Source of the DNA: the human T2T-CHM13v2.0 reference genome, Homo sapiens
Strand: one strand, 5' to 3'
Assembly: GCF_009914755.1 (NCBI RefSeq)
Contig: NC_060928.1
Length of the DNA stretch: 64,000 nucleotides
A program made the translations under genes and the position numbers. The notes below the pieces were generated by a model that worked only from the letters and a program-made list of their open reading frames with translations, had not been told where the DNA came from and did not search any database. This document shows positions 31,094-46,864 of this stretch, in pieces (position 1 is the stretch's first letter; the number at the start of each line of letters is the position of its first letter).

Positions 31094-32185
31094 TTTTGCA
31101 GGAAGTCAGGGACCCCGAACGGAGGGACCAGCTGAAGCCGCGGCAGAAAAACATAAATTGTGAAGATTTCATGGACATTTATCAGTTCCCAAAATTAATA
31201 CTTTTATAATTTCTTATGCCTGTCTTTACTGCAATCTCTGAACACAAATTGTGAAGATTACATGGACATTTATCACTTCCCTAATAATATTTTTATAATT
31301 TCTTACGTCTGTCTTTACTTTAAACTCTTAATCACGTTATCTTCATAAGCTGAGAATGTATGTCACCTCAGGAAGACTATTGTAGAAATTGATGGTAAAA
31401 CATGTGTGTTTGAACAATATGAAATCAGTGCACCCTGAAAAAGAACAGAATAACAGTAATTTTCAGGGAATAAGGGAAGATAACCATAAGGTCTGATTGC
31501 CTGCAGGGTCGGGCAGAATACAGCCATATTTTTCTCTTGCAGAGAGCCTATAAATGGACATGTGAGTAGGAGAGATATTGCAAAATTCTTTTCCCAGCAA
31601 GGAATATTAATAATTAATACCCTGGGGAAGGAATGCATTCCTGGGGGGAGGTCTATAAACTGCCACTCTAGAAGTGTCTGTCTTATGTGGTTGAGATAAG
31701 GACTAAAATATGCCCTGGTCTCCTGCAGTATCCTTAGGCTTACTAGGATTGAGAAATTCCAGCCTAGTAAATTCTAGTCAGACCGATTATCTGCTCTCGA
31801 ACCCTGTTTCCTGTTAAGATGTTTATCAAGACAATACGTGCACAACGGGACATAGACCCTCATCAGCACAGTGGGACATAGACACTCATCAGTAATTCTA
31901 ATTTTGCCTTTGCCTTGTGATCTTTATTGCTCTTTGAAGCATGTGATCTTTGTGACCTACTCCCTGTTCGTACACCCCCTCCCTTTTTAAAATCCCTAAT
32001 AAAACTTGCTTGTTTTGCAGCTCAGGGTCATCATCACAGTCCTACCAATATGTGATGTCACCCCCAGAGGCCCAGCTATAAAATTCCTCTCTTTGTACTC
32101 TTTCTCTTTATTTCTCAGACTGGCCAACACTTAGGGAAAATAGGAAAGAACCTACAATGAAATATTGGGGCTGGTTCCCCCAATA
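31094..32185 (+). mobile_element. MER11 solo LTR (HERV-K11/HML-8)
   Basis: Starts ttgcaggaagtcagggaccccgaacggagggacc and ends aatattggggctggttcccccaata, with 6-bp TSD gtcatt (31088-31093 / 32186-32191), the length expected for ERVK. Confidence 0.92.
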
Positions 32186-32375
32186 GTCATTTATTATCGA
32201 CTACAAATACAAATAGACATTTGTTTTCTTATTCTGTTTTATTTCTAGAAATAAAGCTATTATGTGCATTCTTATACATATCTACTGGTACAGATGTGTA
32301 AGAATATTTCTAGGAAAAAAATTGCATATACTGAACTTCACAGGCTAATCCATAATCGTTCTCAAAAGTGTTTGT

Positions 32376-32674
32376 GACCAGGCGTGGTGGCTCACACCTG
32401 TAATCCCAGCACTTTGGGAGGCTGAGGCGGACAGATAACGAGGTCAGGAGATCGAGACCATCCTGGCTAACACGGTGAAACGCCATCTCTACTAAAAATA
32501 CAAGAAAATTAGCTGGGTGTAGTGGTGGGTGCCTGTAGTCCAAGCTACTCAGGAGGCTAAGGCAGGAGAATGGTGTGACCAGGGAGGTGGAGCCTGCAGT
32601 GAGCCGAGATCACGCCACTGCACTCCAGCCTGGGCGACAGAGCGAGACTCCATTTCAAAAATAAATAAATAAAT
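32376..32674 (+). mobile_element. AluY (in arm A only)
   Basis: gagatcgagaccatcctggctaacacgg. TSD aaaagtgtttgt (32364-32375 / 32675-32686). Empty site in arm B at ~38386-38397. Confidence 0.93.
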
Positions 32675-33876
32675 AAAAGTGTTTGTTTCCATTTATATTC
32701 CACTGAGAGTATTGTTCTAGCCATTATTAATGCTTGGTGTTTCTCCAAGTTACTAGCTTTGGGTGCTTATATGTTTTGTTTTTCAATCTGGTAAGTATGA
32801 AATGGTATTCAATTGCGTATTTACTTTCTACTTTTCATACTAATAAAGATGCTGAAATTTCATAAAATCTTTATCAACTAGTTTTATTTTTTCTTCTGTG
32901 AAATATTTGAACATGATTTTACCCCAGTATTTTGTTGCAGTGCTTGTGTCTCTTGCTAATAGATAGACAATCTTTACACATTCTGAACACTAAAACATTT
33001 CTGGCTGTATGGGAAGCAAATGTTTCCTGCCAGTTTTTCCCTTTCTGTTTATCCCTTATGTTGTTATTTTTAGTTGTATAAAGATGTTCTTCATTTAAAT
33101 GCAGTCAAATTTATCAGCATTTATTTTTATGATTTGAATATTATGTTTTCTTAAGATGTTTTTAGAAATATTTTAGGTTCAGAGTAAAAGGGCAAGGTAT
33201 AGAGATTTCCCCTATACCCTTTAGCTTGTCATTAGTGACATGCCCCACTAGAGTGGTACATTCTTACAATTATGAGCCTATACTAACACATCATAATTAC
33301 CCAAAGCCCATAGTTTACATTAGGATTCACTCTTGATGTTATACATTCTATGAGTTTGGACATATGTAAAATGCCCATTTTACATTAGCATAATGTAAAA
33401 TCCAACATTTACTACCAAACAGAGCACTTTCACTGCCCTATAAATCCTCTGTGCTCTGCTTATTCAGCATTCTCTCCTCCCTAACCCCTTGGAACGACTG
33501 ATCTTTTTCCTCTCTCCATGGTTTTGGCTTTATCGTAATGCCATGCAGTGGGAATCATACAGCATGTAGTCTTTTCAGATTGGCTTCTCTTGATAATATG
33601 GATTTATGATTCCTCCATGACTTTTTGTGGTTTGATGTCTTCATTTTAGTGCTGAAGAGTGTTTTATTTTTTGATGCACCACATTTTGTTTATTCATTCA
33701 CCTATGGAAGGAATTTTAGTTGCTTCCAAGCTTTGATAATTATAAATAAAGATTATATAAACATCTGTGTGTGGATCTTTGTGTGAACATAACTTTTTAA
33801 CTTCTTTAGGTAAAAACCAAGCAGTGTGATTGCTGGATTATATTGTCAGAGTATGTTTACTTTTATAAGAAATTGG

Positions 33877-34194
<318 letters not shown>

Positions 34195-34335
34195 TCATTT
34201 TGAATTTCCTCCAGCAATGAATGAGAGTTTCTTTACATCCTTGCCAGCATTTGGTGTTATTAATGTTTCAGATTTTGGCCATTCTGATAGGTGTGTAGTG
34301 GTATCTAATTGTGTTAATTTGCATTTTCCTGATGA

Positions 34336-34804
<469 letters not shown>

Positions 34805-37054
34805 CTAAGAGGCACAATGGCAGAGTGTAACTGGTATATAACCTTCCTCTAGGAATGCTCAATTGGTAAGAGAAAAAATAATGCCTCAAATGAGCATGTG
34901 CACAACTTCAGTAAATACACTGGGCATGCAGCCTTTTCCAAGTGCTGCCAGGCCACTATGCATGCAGATAGCCTGCTCCAAGAGAAGAATCAGGGGGAAA
35001 GAAATGCAAACCCTGCAACAGTGCCAATGTTTAAAACCCCAAGTCAAGGTTTGGATGGGGCATTTGGATTTGTCAAGTTACCCACTTGGCCTTGTTCCAA
35101 GTGTACTTTGCTTCCTATTGTTCCTGCTTTAAAATATTTTAATAAATTTTCACTTCTGCTCTAAACTTCACCTCGGTTTCTTACTCTGCCTTCTACGTCG
35201 CAACTGAATTCTTTTGTCTGAGGAGGCAAGAATCGAGTTTGCGCAGACCCATTTGATTCGCTGCTGCTAAAAAACCATTTCAAATGTAACGACACTTATA
35301 CATTAAAACTAAACGGATGGAGAAACATATACCATAATAATACTAATGAAAAGGAAAGAAGAGTAGCTATATTAATTTCAGACAGAGCATAGTTTACAGC
35401 AAAATACATATATATATATATCACAGATTAAAGAAGGGCATTAAGTAATGATAAAAGAGTCAATTCTCCCAGAAGATATAATAATCCTTATTATGTATGT
35501 GTGTAAAAACAGAACATTAAACTGATAAAACTTCAAAGAGAAATAGATAAATACCCTATCATATTCAACACCCCACTATCAGAAATGAACAAAATTAGCA
35601 GGCAGAAAATCAGAACGGACATAGCTAAATTCAACCTGCCATCATGCAACTGGATATAATTGACATCAATTGACTACTTCATTGGACAATATAATACATA
35701 TTCTTCTCAAGCTCACAAAGAATGTTCACCAATGTATTCCACATTCTGGACCATAAAACAAACCTTAACAAATTTAAAAGATAGAAATCATTCAATGTCT
35801 GCTCTAAGACCGTAATGGAATTAAACTAGAAATCAGTGTTAGAAGGATAACAGAAAAATCACCAAATATGCAGCAATTAAGCAACACACTTTTTAATAAC
35901 ACAAGCCAAAGAAGAAGAAATCTCAAAGGAAATATAAAAAAAATTTGAACTAAATAAAAATAAAAACATAACATCAAGATTTGGGGGATGCAGCAAAAGA
36001 CAATTCTTAAAGGAAAATTTATAGCATTGAATAAATATATTAGAAAATAAGAAAAATAAGTTTCCTCTGAGAAAACTAGAAGAAAAAAATTAATTTCAAA
36101 GTAAGCAGAATAAATAGAATTAGGGCAGAAGTCAATAAAGTTGAAAATAAATCAGTAGAGAAAAATCAATAAAAGTAAAAACTGCTTATTTGAAAAGACC
36201 AATAGAATTGAAAAACTGTAATTGAAGCTAGTTAAAAAAAAGAGAGGACATAAATTACTATTACTGGAAACCAAGAGAAGACATCACTACAGATTCTATG
36301 GACTTTAAAAGGAAAGTCAAAGAATACCATGAATATTTCTATGTCCACCAACATGAAAACCAAGATAAAATTGATCAATTTCTTGAAAGACACAATTTGC
36401 CAGATCTCGCACAAGAAAATTTCAGAAGCTCTAAATCAATTAATGAAGTTGAATAGAGCCCAGAAATAGACCCACGGAAATATAGTCAATTGATCTTTGG
36501 CAGTGGGGCAAATGCAATTCAACAGAAAAAGGACAGGTTATTTCATTTTGTTTTTTGTTTTTTTTTTTCCCTCAACAAATGGTCTGCAAAAAGAAGATAT
36601 CCACATGGGAAAAAAGAATCTAGAAACAGATCTTAAACTTTCAAAAAATTAACTTAAATGGGTCATATATTTAAATGTAAAACAAAAAACTACAAATTTC
36701 CTAGAATATAGTAGAAAATTTAGATAATCTTCCCTGGGTTTAGTGATGACAATTGAGATATAATATCAAGAACATAATCTATTAAAGAAAAAGTTAATAG
36801 GTTGGATTTCATTAAAGTTAAAAATATATCCAGTGAAAGATACTGTTAGGAGAATAAAAAATAATAGAATGGGAGGAAATACTTGCACAAGACACATGTA
36901 ATAAAGGCTTTTTAAAATTATATAAGGGACTCTTGAAACTCACCAATAAGAAATCAAATAATCTATTTTTTTAAAATGGACCAAAGACCTTAACAGACAA
37001 CTAAGGATACACAGATGACAAATAAGCATATGAAAAGATGTCTCACATTATATA

Positions 37055-38558
37055 TCATCAGGAAAATGCAAATTAACCTAATTGGATACGACTACATCCC
37101 TATTAGAATGGCCAAAAGCTGAAAAATTAATAACACCAAATGCTGACAAGGATGTGAAGAAATTCTCATTCATTGCTGGAGGAAATTCAAAATGATATAG
37201 CCCCTTTGGAAGACTCTTTGTCAATTTCTTACAAAATTAAACATACTCTGGCAATATGATCCAGCAATCACACTGCTTGATTTTTACCTAAAGAAGTTAA
37301 AAAGTTATGTCCACACAAACATCCACACATAGATGTTTATGTAATCTTTATTTATAATTATCAAAGCTTGGAAGCAACTAAAATTCCTTCCATAGGTGAA
37401 TGAATAAACAAAATGTGGTGCATCAAAAAATAAAACATTATTCAGCACTAAAATGAAGATATCAAACCACAAAGTCATGGAGGAATCATAAATCCATATT
37501 ATCAAGAGAAGCCAATCTGAAAAGACTACATGCTGTATTATTCCCACTGCATGGCATTACGATAAAGCCAAAACCATGGAGAGAGGGAAAAGATCAGTCG
37601 TTCCAAGGGGTTACGGAGGAGAGAATGCTGAATAGGCAGAGCACAGAGGATTTATAGGGCAGTGAAAGTGCTCTGTTTGGTAGTATAATGTTGGATTTTA
37701 CATTATGCTAATGTCCAAACTCATAGAATGTACAACATCAAGAGTGAATCCTAATGTAAACTATGGGCTTTGGGTAAATATGATGTGTTAGTATAGGCTC
37801 ATAATTGTAAGAATGTACCACTCTAGTGGGGCACATTGATAATGACAAACTAAAGGGTATAGGGGAAATCTCTATACCTTGCCCTTTTACTCTGAACCTA
37901 AAACTTCTCTAAAAACATCTTCAGAAAACATAATGTTCAAATCATAAAAATAAATGCTGATAAATTTGACTGCATCAAATGAAGAACATCTTTATACAAC
38001 TAAAAATAACAACATAAGGGATAAACAGAAAGGGAAAAACTGGCAGGAAACATTTGCTTCCCATACAGCCAGAAATGTTTTAGTGTTCAGAATGTGTAAA
38101 GATTGTCTATCTATTAGTAAGAGACACAAGCACTGCAACAAAATACTGGGGTAAAATCATGTTCAAATATTTCACAGAAGAAAAAATAAAACTAGTTGAT
38201 AAAGATTTTATGAAATTTCAGCATCTTTATTAGTATGAAAAGTAGAAAGTAAATACGCAATTGAATACCATTTCATACTTACCAGATTGAAAAACAAAAC
38301 ATATAAGCACCCAAAGCTAGTAACTTGGAGAAACACCAAGCATTAATAATGGCTAGAACAATACTCTCAGTGGAATATAAATGGAAACAAACACTTTAGA
38401 CAATAATTATGGATTACCCTGTGAAGTTCAATATATGCAATTTCATTCCTAGAAATATTCTTACACATCTGTACCAGTAGAAACGGATAAGAATGCACAA
38501 AATAGTTTTATTTCTAGAAATAAAACACCAGAAAAGATGAAATGTCTATTGGTATTTG
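37055..38558 (+). repeat. Inverted-repeat arm B (donor; L1MC1 3' end plus L1ME junction)
   Basis: Continuous with flanking L1 sequence on both sides, so it is the original. Its reverse complement matches 32204-34335 once the two AluYs are removed. Confidence 0.95.
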
Positions 38559-38950
38559 AATGTACAATTCGGTTTTTACAAATTCATACAATGATGTATT
38601 CAGCAGTTAAAAGTAATGAACTGCCATCGTGTTCATCAGCATATATGAACTTAATGTTATTTAATGAAAAATTCAAGTCACAAAGTCAGTATGCATAGTT
38701 ACATTGAAATAATGATCAACTGTATAAAATTTTGAAGTTAGTAAAGATACATACATATACTGTAATACTATGAAATAATAGATGGTAAGTGAATTTCTGG
38801 ATAGCGATTGCCTTCAGACAAAGAAAAACTTGATTGTAATGGTAATATTGCAATCAAGGTTGTTGGCTGCTATGGGTATTTATTTTATTATTAGGTCTCA
38901 AAATATTTCTAGGCTTTTTATGCATTCTTTTTTATGTATATTTACAAAAA
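37920..38950 (+). mobile_element. L1ME-type ORF2 3'/UTR fragment
   Basis: tgataaatttgactgcatcaaa, ataccatttcatacttaccagattg, tcagtggaatataaatggaaacaaacacttt, gcaatttcattcctag, aattcatacaatg. Confidence 0.65.
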
Positions 38951-38984
38951 AATGGGGCAAGAGAGGAAGAAACAGAAGAAAAAG

Positions 38985-39220
38985 GATAGTGAGCAGGAAC
39001 ATTGGACCCAGATAGGCTGGGTTGACATTCCGTCTTTGGTACTTCCAGTGGTAACTAGGTGAGTTACTGAACTCTTCTGCATATTTTTTCCTATGTGTAA
39101 AACGAGTAATGATAATGGCTATATTAGAGTTTTCATGAGTAGTAAGTTAAATAAAACATGTAAAACAATTTACAACACTAGCAAATAGTATATACTAAGT
39201 AAATGTTCATTTTCATTATT
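38985..39220 (+). mobile_element. MIR
   Basis: ccagataggctgggttga...gagttactgaactcttctgc...tgtaaaacgagtaatgataat...catgtaaaacaattta...taaatgttcattttcattatt. Confidence 0.7.
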
Positions 39221-39368
39221 TCAGGAGGAAAAAAATCTCCCCTTCGTACATTATACCATTGATATAGAGGAAACAGTAACTTGGACATGGTTTTAACATT
39301 AACATTATAAATATTTGTTGGATTTTAATAAAACTATTAATTGCAAAAATAATATAACAAAAATTCTT

Positions 39369-40170
<802 letters not shown>

Positions 40171-41852
40171 ACACCCTACTTTTTTATATTGTTAGATGTT
40201 TACTTATTTAGTTATAAAGTTTGACTTTGTAATTTAGTTACATAAATTGCCTGATTATTTTTTCTTTCCATTATCCAAATGTATACTCCTCTTTTTTCGG
40301 TGAGCAAAGAATTGTTATTTCACAAAATATGTTGTCAAATATAATGGTGATTGTGTTAGCAGAAGTTTTCAGTAGATAAATCTTAAAGTCCACATTGAAT
40401 CACCTTATAAATCACTGAAGTCTTGCATTTCAACTGAACTATGAAATACATGTTAATTTATAAAGAATTAGGCAGAAAGGAATAATTGTCCCATATAGCT
40501 TGAGGAGTGGTGCCTGACCCCAGCTATAAAATTGTTTACATGGATGCATTGCTTGATATAAGCAGTACTAAAACTTTTTAAAATGCCATGTTGAAGACAT
40601 CTAGGAAAAGAAAACCAGTGATAATCCTTTTGAAAAACAGTTATTCAGAACGAAATTTATATTTTTAAACTACTTTTATATGATAAGCTATCTTTGACAC
40701 CATCAGTGTTTAAGAAACAAGGTTAACACATTTAAAAGAAAGTTATGAGCAGTTCTTATTGAAAATTTGGAGTCTTAGAGCTACTTAAAGATGTCAGATT
40801 TGCCTTGGTGGTATGAAGTTAGGGTGGGAAGTAGAAAGTCTTAAATGCAAACTGTGTATTACTTACAGGGTTGCTTTCTGTATTTGCCTTGGTCTTCCCT
40901 CACCTGATTCTCATAAAGCTGTAATTGCATCTTCCCCCATCAGTGCTGTCCTTAAGCAACTTAGATGGCAAGAACATAAGGCATATTCGATTACTTGCAA
41001 ATATCTTACACAAAATGGAAACAATGTAGATAGGTGAGTTATATAAATAAAACTAACTTTCAAACGCCATACCAAAAACCAAGAAGTAAATGAATAAATA
41101 AATAAGGCAAGCACTTTCAAATTAAATATTTCAATAAAAGAAAGTTGCTCATTGATCAGTCTGTTGCCGGTTTGTTACTTTTTAAAGACAGGCCTCATGG
41201 ATTCTAAATAAAAATGTATAAGCAAACAAGCATTTCAAGAACAAAACTGATGTGATGAATCAAATCCTTCAGAGTTTCAACAATCAATATGTGGAATCTT
41301 TTACAGGCAGTGTTTCTGTAGTTTAGGCAGCTATTTTGAATGGTCTTCTTCAAGAGACTGACAGCAGGACACTCAGTGAGGTTCTACATCAATCACTGGC
41401 AAATCATTCCAGTTCACATAATAGTGAGAGCTACTAAGGTGAATCCTAGAGTTTAAAGTAAACTTGGTAAAACAAACTTGAAAGACTATACTTTCCAATC
41501 ATTATATATCAACTAGAAGTATCCTGAAAAAATCTTAATAATAACTTGAGGTCATTGATTTATAATTTTCACTGTTTTTTTCAGCCTATCATAACTTTAC
41601 CATAAAAAGAGTCTCTGCTTGTGGATAACAACAATGTGGGATGCTTATTTCTTTTTGTGTTTTCTTTACATAGCAGTTTTATATTTATTCATTTTTACTT
41701 TTTTATTGTATATATTTATGGAGCATAATATGATGTTTTGATGTAGCTGTACCTTGTGAAATGATTGAATTAAGCTAATTAACATCTGTTGCCCAACATG
41801 CTAACCTTTTGTGTGTGTGTGTGTGATGATACTATTTAAAATCTAGTCTGTT

Positions 41853-42159
<307 letters not shown>

Positions 42160-42990
42160 CTAGCCTGTCTGCAATTTTTAATTTCACATTTTTATTAATT
42201 ATAGCCATCATGCTGTGTGATGGATATGCAGAATTATTTCCTTCTGTCTAGTTCAAACCCTTTGACCAACATCTTTTCATCCTTCCCCACCTTGCCAAAC
42301 TCTGGTAAGTACCATTGTAATCTCTACTTCTATGAATTTAGATGTTTTAGTTTACACATATAAGTGAGATCGTGCCATATTTGTCATTCTGCACCTGGCT
42401 TATTTTCACTTAGCATAATGTCCTCCAGGTTCATCTATGTTGTCACAAATGTCACAATTTCTTTTTTAAGGCTGAATCATATTCAATTGTGCATATATAC
42501 AACATTTTCTTTATCTATTCATCTATTTATGGGCACCTGGGTTGATTACATATCTTGGCTCTGGTGAATAATGTTGCAGTGAAAATGAAAATGAAAATAT
42601 TCCTTCAGCATATTGATTTCACTCTTTTTCGATATATTCAGAAATGGAATTGCTGGATCATATTGTAGTTCTAGTTTTAATTTTTTAAGAAACCTCCATA
42701 CTATCTTCCATAATAAGTATACCATTTACTTTCCCACCAATGTTGTACAAGGTTTCCCTTTTCCCCATATTCTCACCAAAACTTGTTATTTTTTATCTTT
42801 TCAGTTAATCCATTGTGGGGTGATACCTCGTTGTGGTTTAAATTTGCATTTTCTTTATAATTAGTGATGTTGAGCAATTTTTCATATAACTTTTGACCGT
42901 TTACATGTCTTCTTTTGATAAATGTCTACTCAGGTCCCTTGGTCATTTTTTAAGTTGGATTATTTTTTTCTTGCTATCAAGTTGAGTTTC

Positions 42991-42999
42991 ATATATATG

Positions 43000-43032
<33 letters not shown>
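42991..43032. repeat. (TA)n microsatellite
   Basis: Visible run of TA dinucleotides with one interruption. Confidence 0.9.
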
Positions 43033-43037
<5 letters not shown>

Positions 43038-43885
43038 TTTGCTAATAACTCCTTATCAGATGCATGGTTTGCAAATATTTTCTTCCAAGCTCTTCAGAGG
43101 TTGTCTCCTCACTCTATTGATTATTGCATTCACTGTACAGAAGGATTTTAGTTTAATGCAATGCCAATTGTTTATTTTTGCTTCATTCCCTGTGCTTTTA
43201 GAGTCATATCAAAAATAATTTTTGCCAAAACTAATCTCAAGAATTTTTTTCTGCGTTTTATTCTAGTAGTTTTACCTTTTTAGGTCTTATCTTTCTATTT
43301 ATATAATATTATTTATATCAAACAACATATGTATTTTCCATTTTCATTTCAGAGGTTCATTTCAGACTACTTCTTTCCTTATCACATGTCCCAAACCGGA
43401 AAAGGTGTTTAAAGCCTTTAGTTTGAAAAATTATTATAATTCCTAAAGCTGGTTTGAGTTTAACACCTGGACACTTCAACTACTGCCCTCCAGCCTCAGA
43501 AGAAACTGGTTTATACATTGTTCCCAATATTAACCTTTGTTTTTCTTCTCTTTTAAAGCTCACCGGCAATGCCTTCTCCTACATCAGATGCAGCTGTTTA
43601 ATGGGATTTGCCTTTTCCCAGATTGGTTAAACGGAATCCTTTTCCAGTGAGCTTTTAACTCAGTTTTTCTCTTCCACGGCCACCAATTCAGCTTTTAGTG
43701 TGTGAAACTTCTAGGGAAGTTCCAAAAGGGGAATGTTGGGGCTCAGAAACAAATATGTCAAAATATGGTGTTTGAAATGCTGAACTGAAAAACCCTCAAG
43801 GTCTCTAATCATCTCCCTGACCACACACACAATATCTCTCCCAAAGAAGCCCAAGTTCCTTTATCTGCCTAAGTTCCAGACCCAT

Positions 43886-46174
43886 TGATATGGTTTAGCT
43901 GTGTCCCCACCAAAATCTCATCTTGAATATCCACATGTTGTGGGAGGACCAGGTGGGAGGTAATTGAATCACGGGGGCAGGTCTTTCCCCTGCTGTTCTT
44001 GTGATAGTGAATAAGTCTCAAGAGATCTGATGATTTTGTAAAGAGGAATTCCCCTGCACAAGCTCTCTCATTTTGCTTCCTGCCATCCACATAAGATGTG
44101 ATTTGCTCCTCCTTGCCTTCTGCCATGAATGTGGGGCCTCCCTAGTCATGTTGAATTGTGAGTCCATTTCTCTTTCTTTAGTAAATTGCCCAGTCTTGGG
44201 CACGTCTTTATCAGCAATGTGAAAACAGACTAGTACAGTACATTGGTACTGGGAGAGGGGTGCTGCTGAAAAGATACCTGAAAATGTGGAAGCAACTTAG
44301 GTACTGGGTAACAGGCAGAGGCTGGAACAATTTGGAGGGCTCAGAAGAAGACAGGAAAATGTGGGAAACTTCCTAGAGATTTGTTGAATGGCTTTGACAA
44401 AAAATGCTGATAGTGATATGAACAATAACGTCCATGCCAAGGTGGTCTCAGATGAAGATGAGGAACTTATTGGGAACTGGAACAGGGGTGACTCTTGTTA
44501 TGTTTTAGCAAAGAGACTCTCGGCATTTTTGCCCCTGCCCTAGAGATTTGTGGAAATTTAAACTTCAGAGAGATGATTTATGGTATCTGGCAGAAGAAAT
44601 TTCCAAGCAGCAAAACATTCAAGAGGTGACTTGGGTGCTGTTAAAGGCATTCAGTTTTAAAAGGGAAACAGAGCATAAAAGTTCAGAGAATTGGTAGGCT
44701 GACAATGCAATACAAAAGAAAATCCCATTTTCTGAAGAGAGATTCACGCGGGCTGCAGAATTTTGCATAAGTAACAAGAAGCCAAATGTCAATCCCCAAG
44801 ACAATGGGGAAAATGTCTCCAAGGCATGTCAGAATTCTTCACAGCAGCACCTCCCATCACAGGCTTGGAGCCCTAGGAAGGAAAAATAGTTTTGTGGGCT
44901 GTGTCCAAGGTCCCTGTGTTGTATGCAGCCTAGGGACGTGGTGCCCTGCATCCCAGCTGCTCCAGCTGTGATTAAAAGGGCCACGGTACAGCTCAGCCCA
45001 TGGCTTCAGAGGTTGCAAGCCCCAAGCCTTGGCAGCTTCCACATGGTGTTGAGCCGGCGGATGCACAGAAATCAAGAATTGAGGTTAGAAACCTGTGCCT
45101 AGATTTCAGAGGATGTATGTAAATGCCTGGATGTCCAGGCAGAAGGTTGCTGCAGGGGCAGGGCTCTCATGGAGAACCTCTTCTAGGGCAGTGCTGAAGG
45201 GAAATGGGGGGCCAGAGCCCCCACAAAGAATCTCTATGGGCACGGCCTAGCGCAGCTGTGAGAAGAGGGCCACCATCCTCGAGAACCCAGAATGTTATAT
45301 CCACTAACAGCTTGCATTGTGCACCTGGAAAAGCTGCAGACACTCAATGCCAGCCCATGAAAGCAGCCAGAAGGGAGGTTATACCCTGCAAAGCCAAAAG
45401 GTGGAGCTGCCCAAGACCATGGGAACCCATCTCTTGCATCAGTGTGACGTGGATGTGAGAGTCAAAGAACATCATTTTGGAGCTTTAAGATTTGACTGCC
45501 TTGCTGGATTTCAGACCTGCATGGGGCCTGTAGCCCCTTTGTTTTGGCCAATTTCTTTGTTTTGGGCCAATTTCTCCCATTTGGAATTGCTGTATTTACC
45601 CAATGCCTGTACCCTCACTGTATCTTGGAAGTAATTAACTTGCTTTTGATTTTACTGGCTTATAGGTGGAAGTGACTTGCCTTGTCTCAGATGAGACATT
45701 GGACTGTGGACTTTTGAGTTAATCCCAAAATTAGTTAAGACTTTGGAGGACTGTTGGGAAGGCATGATAGGTTTTGAAATGTGGGACATGAGATTTGGGA
45801 GGGGCCGGGGGTAGAATGGTATGGTTTGGCTGTGTCCCCACCCAAATTTCATCTAGAATTCCCATGTGTTGTGGGAGGGACCCGATGGGAGGTAATTGAA
45901 TCATGGAGGCAGGTCTCTCCCATGCTGTTCTCCTGATAATGAACAAGTCTCACAAGATCTAATGGTTTTATAAAGAGGAGTTGACCTGCACAAGCTCTCT
46001 CTTTTTGCCTGCTGCCATCCACATCATAAGATGTGACTTGTGCCTCCTTGCCTTCCACCATGATTGTGAGGCCTCCCCAGCCATGTGGAACTGTAAGTCC
46101 ATTAAACCTGTTTATTTTGTAAATTGCCTGGTCTTGTGTAAGTCTTTATTAGCAGCATGAAACAGACTAATACA
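43886..46174 (+). mobile_element. Full-length THE1B-like MaLR (LTR 43886-44237, internal 44238-45816, LTR 45817-46174)
   Basis: Two homologous LTRs (tg(a/g)tatggttt(a/g)gctgtgtccccacc...aacagacta(g/a)taca) flank ~1.58 kb of internal sequence. Purine tract before the 3' LTR. Degenerate 5-bp TSD cccat/ctcac. Confidence 0.92.
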
Positions 46175-46317
46175 CTCACTGAGGAGAACAATTGTTCATT
46201 TACCCTCCTTATTATCTCATTATGTATTGCAGAGAAGACCAAGATGTGACCACACCTAAGCGGATCTTTTTGTGAGTATAATGACTGTTTCCAAGGATCA
46301 TTTAAATTCCAAGAAAA

Positions 46318-46524
46318 CAGTGTTGAATTTGGTCTTAAACTGAGGCTGCTGGTCCTCTTTAAATTTTATCTACTACACAATGTTGCCTCTCATTAAAAGA
46401 GAAACCAAAAGTAGTATTTAAAATAATTTTCATTCTTGTCCAACATTTTGTCCATTTTTTTTAAAAAAAAAGAAAAACAGGTCATATGATAAGTACTGGT
46501 TTTTGTTTTGTTTTGTTTTTTTAA
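46318..46524 (-). repeat. Inverted copy of 47111-47300
   Basis: cagtgttgaatttggtcttaaactgaggctgctggtcctctttaaatttta... is the reverse complement of ...taaaatttaaagaggaccagcagcctcagtttaagacctacttcaacactg. Confidence 0.93.
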
Positions 46525-46530
46525 TACTGT

Positions 46531-46864
46531 TATATTAGTCCATTTTCACACTGCTCTAAAGAACTGCCAGAGACTGGGTAATTTATAAAGAAAAAGGCAA
46601 AAGGGCAGAAGGCAAAAGGGAAGCAAGGCACCTTCTTCACAAGGCGGCAGGAAGGAGAAGTGCTGAGTGAAGAGGGGAAGAGTCCCTTATAAAACCATCA
46701 GACCTCATGAGAACTCACTCAGTATCAGGAGAACAGCAGGGGGAAACCATCCCCGTAACTCAGTTACTTCCATTTGGTCTCTCCCTTAACACGGGGATGA
46801 TGAGAATTACGGGATTACAATTCAAAATGAGATTTGGGTGGGGATACAAAGCCTAATCATATCA
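46531..46864 (-). mobile_element. THE1D/MSTA-like solo LTR
   Basis: tatattagtccattttcacactgct...gagatttgggtggggatacaaagcctaatcatatca. 5-bp TSD actgt/actat. Confidence 0.88.

Noticed and set aside
31150-31340. ~90-bp tandem units (aaattgtgaagatt...atggacatttatca)
   Set aside because: Intrinsic to the MER11 LTR.
44619-46061. Several 61-105 aa ORFs in the THE1 internal region and LTR
   Set aside because: Broken remnants or chance frames of MaLR sequence, with no intact gag-like ORF.
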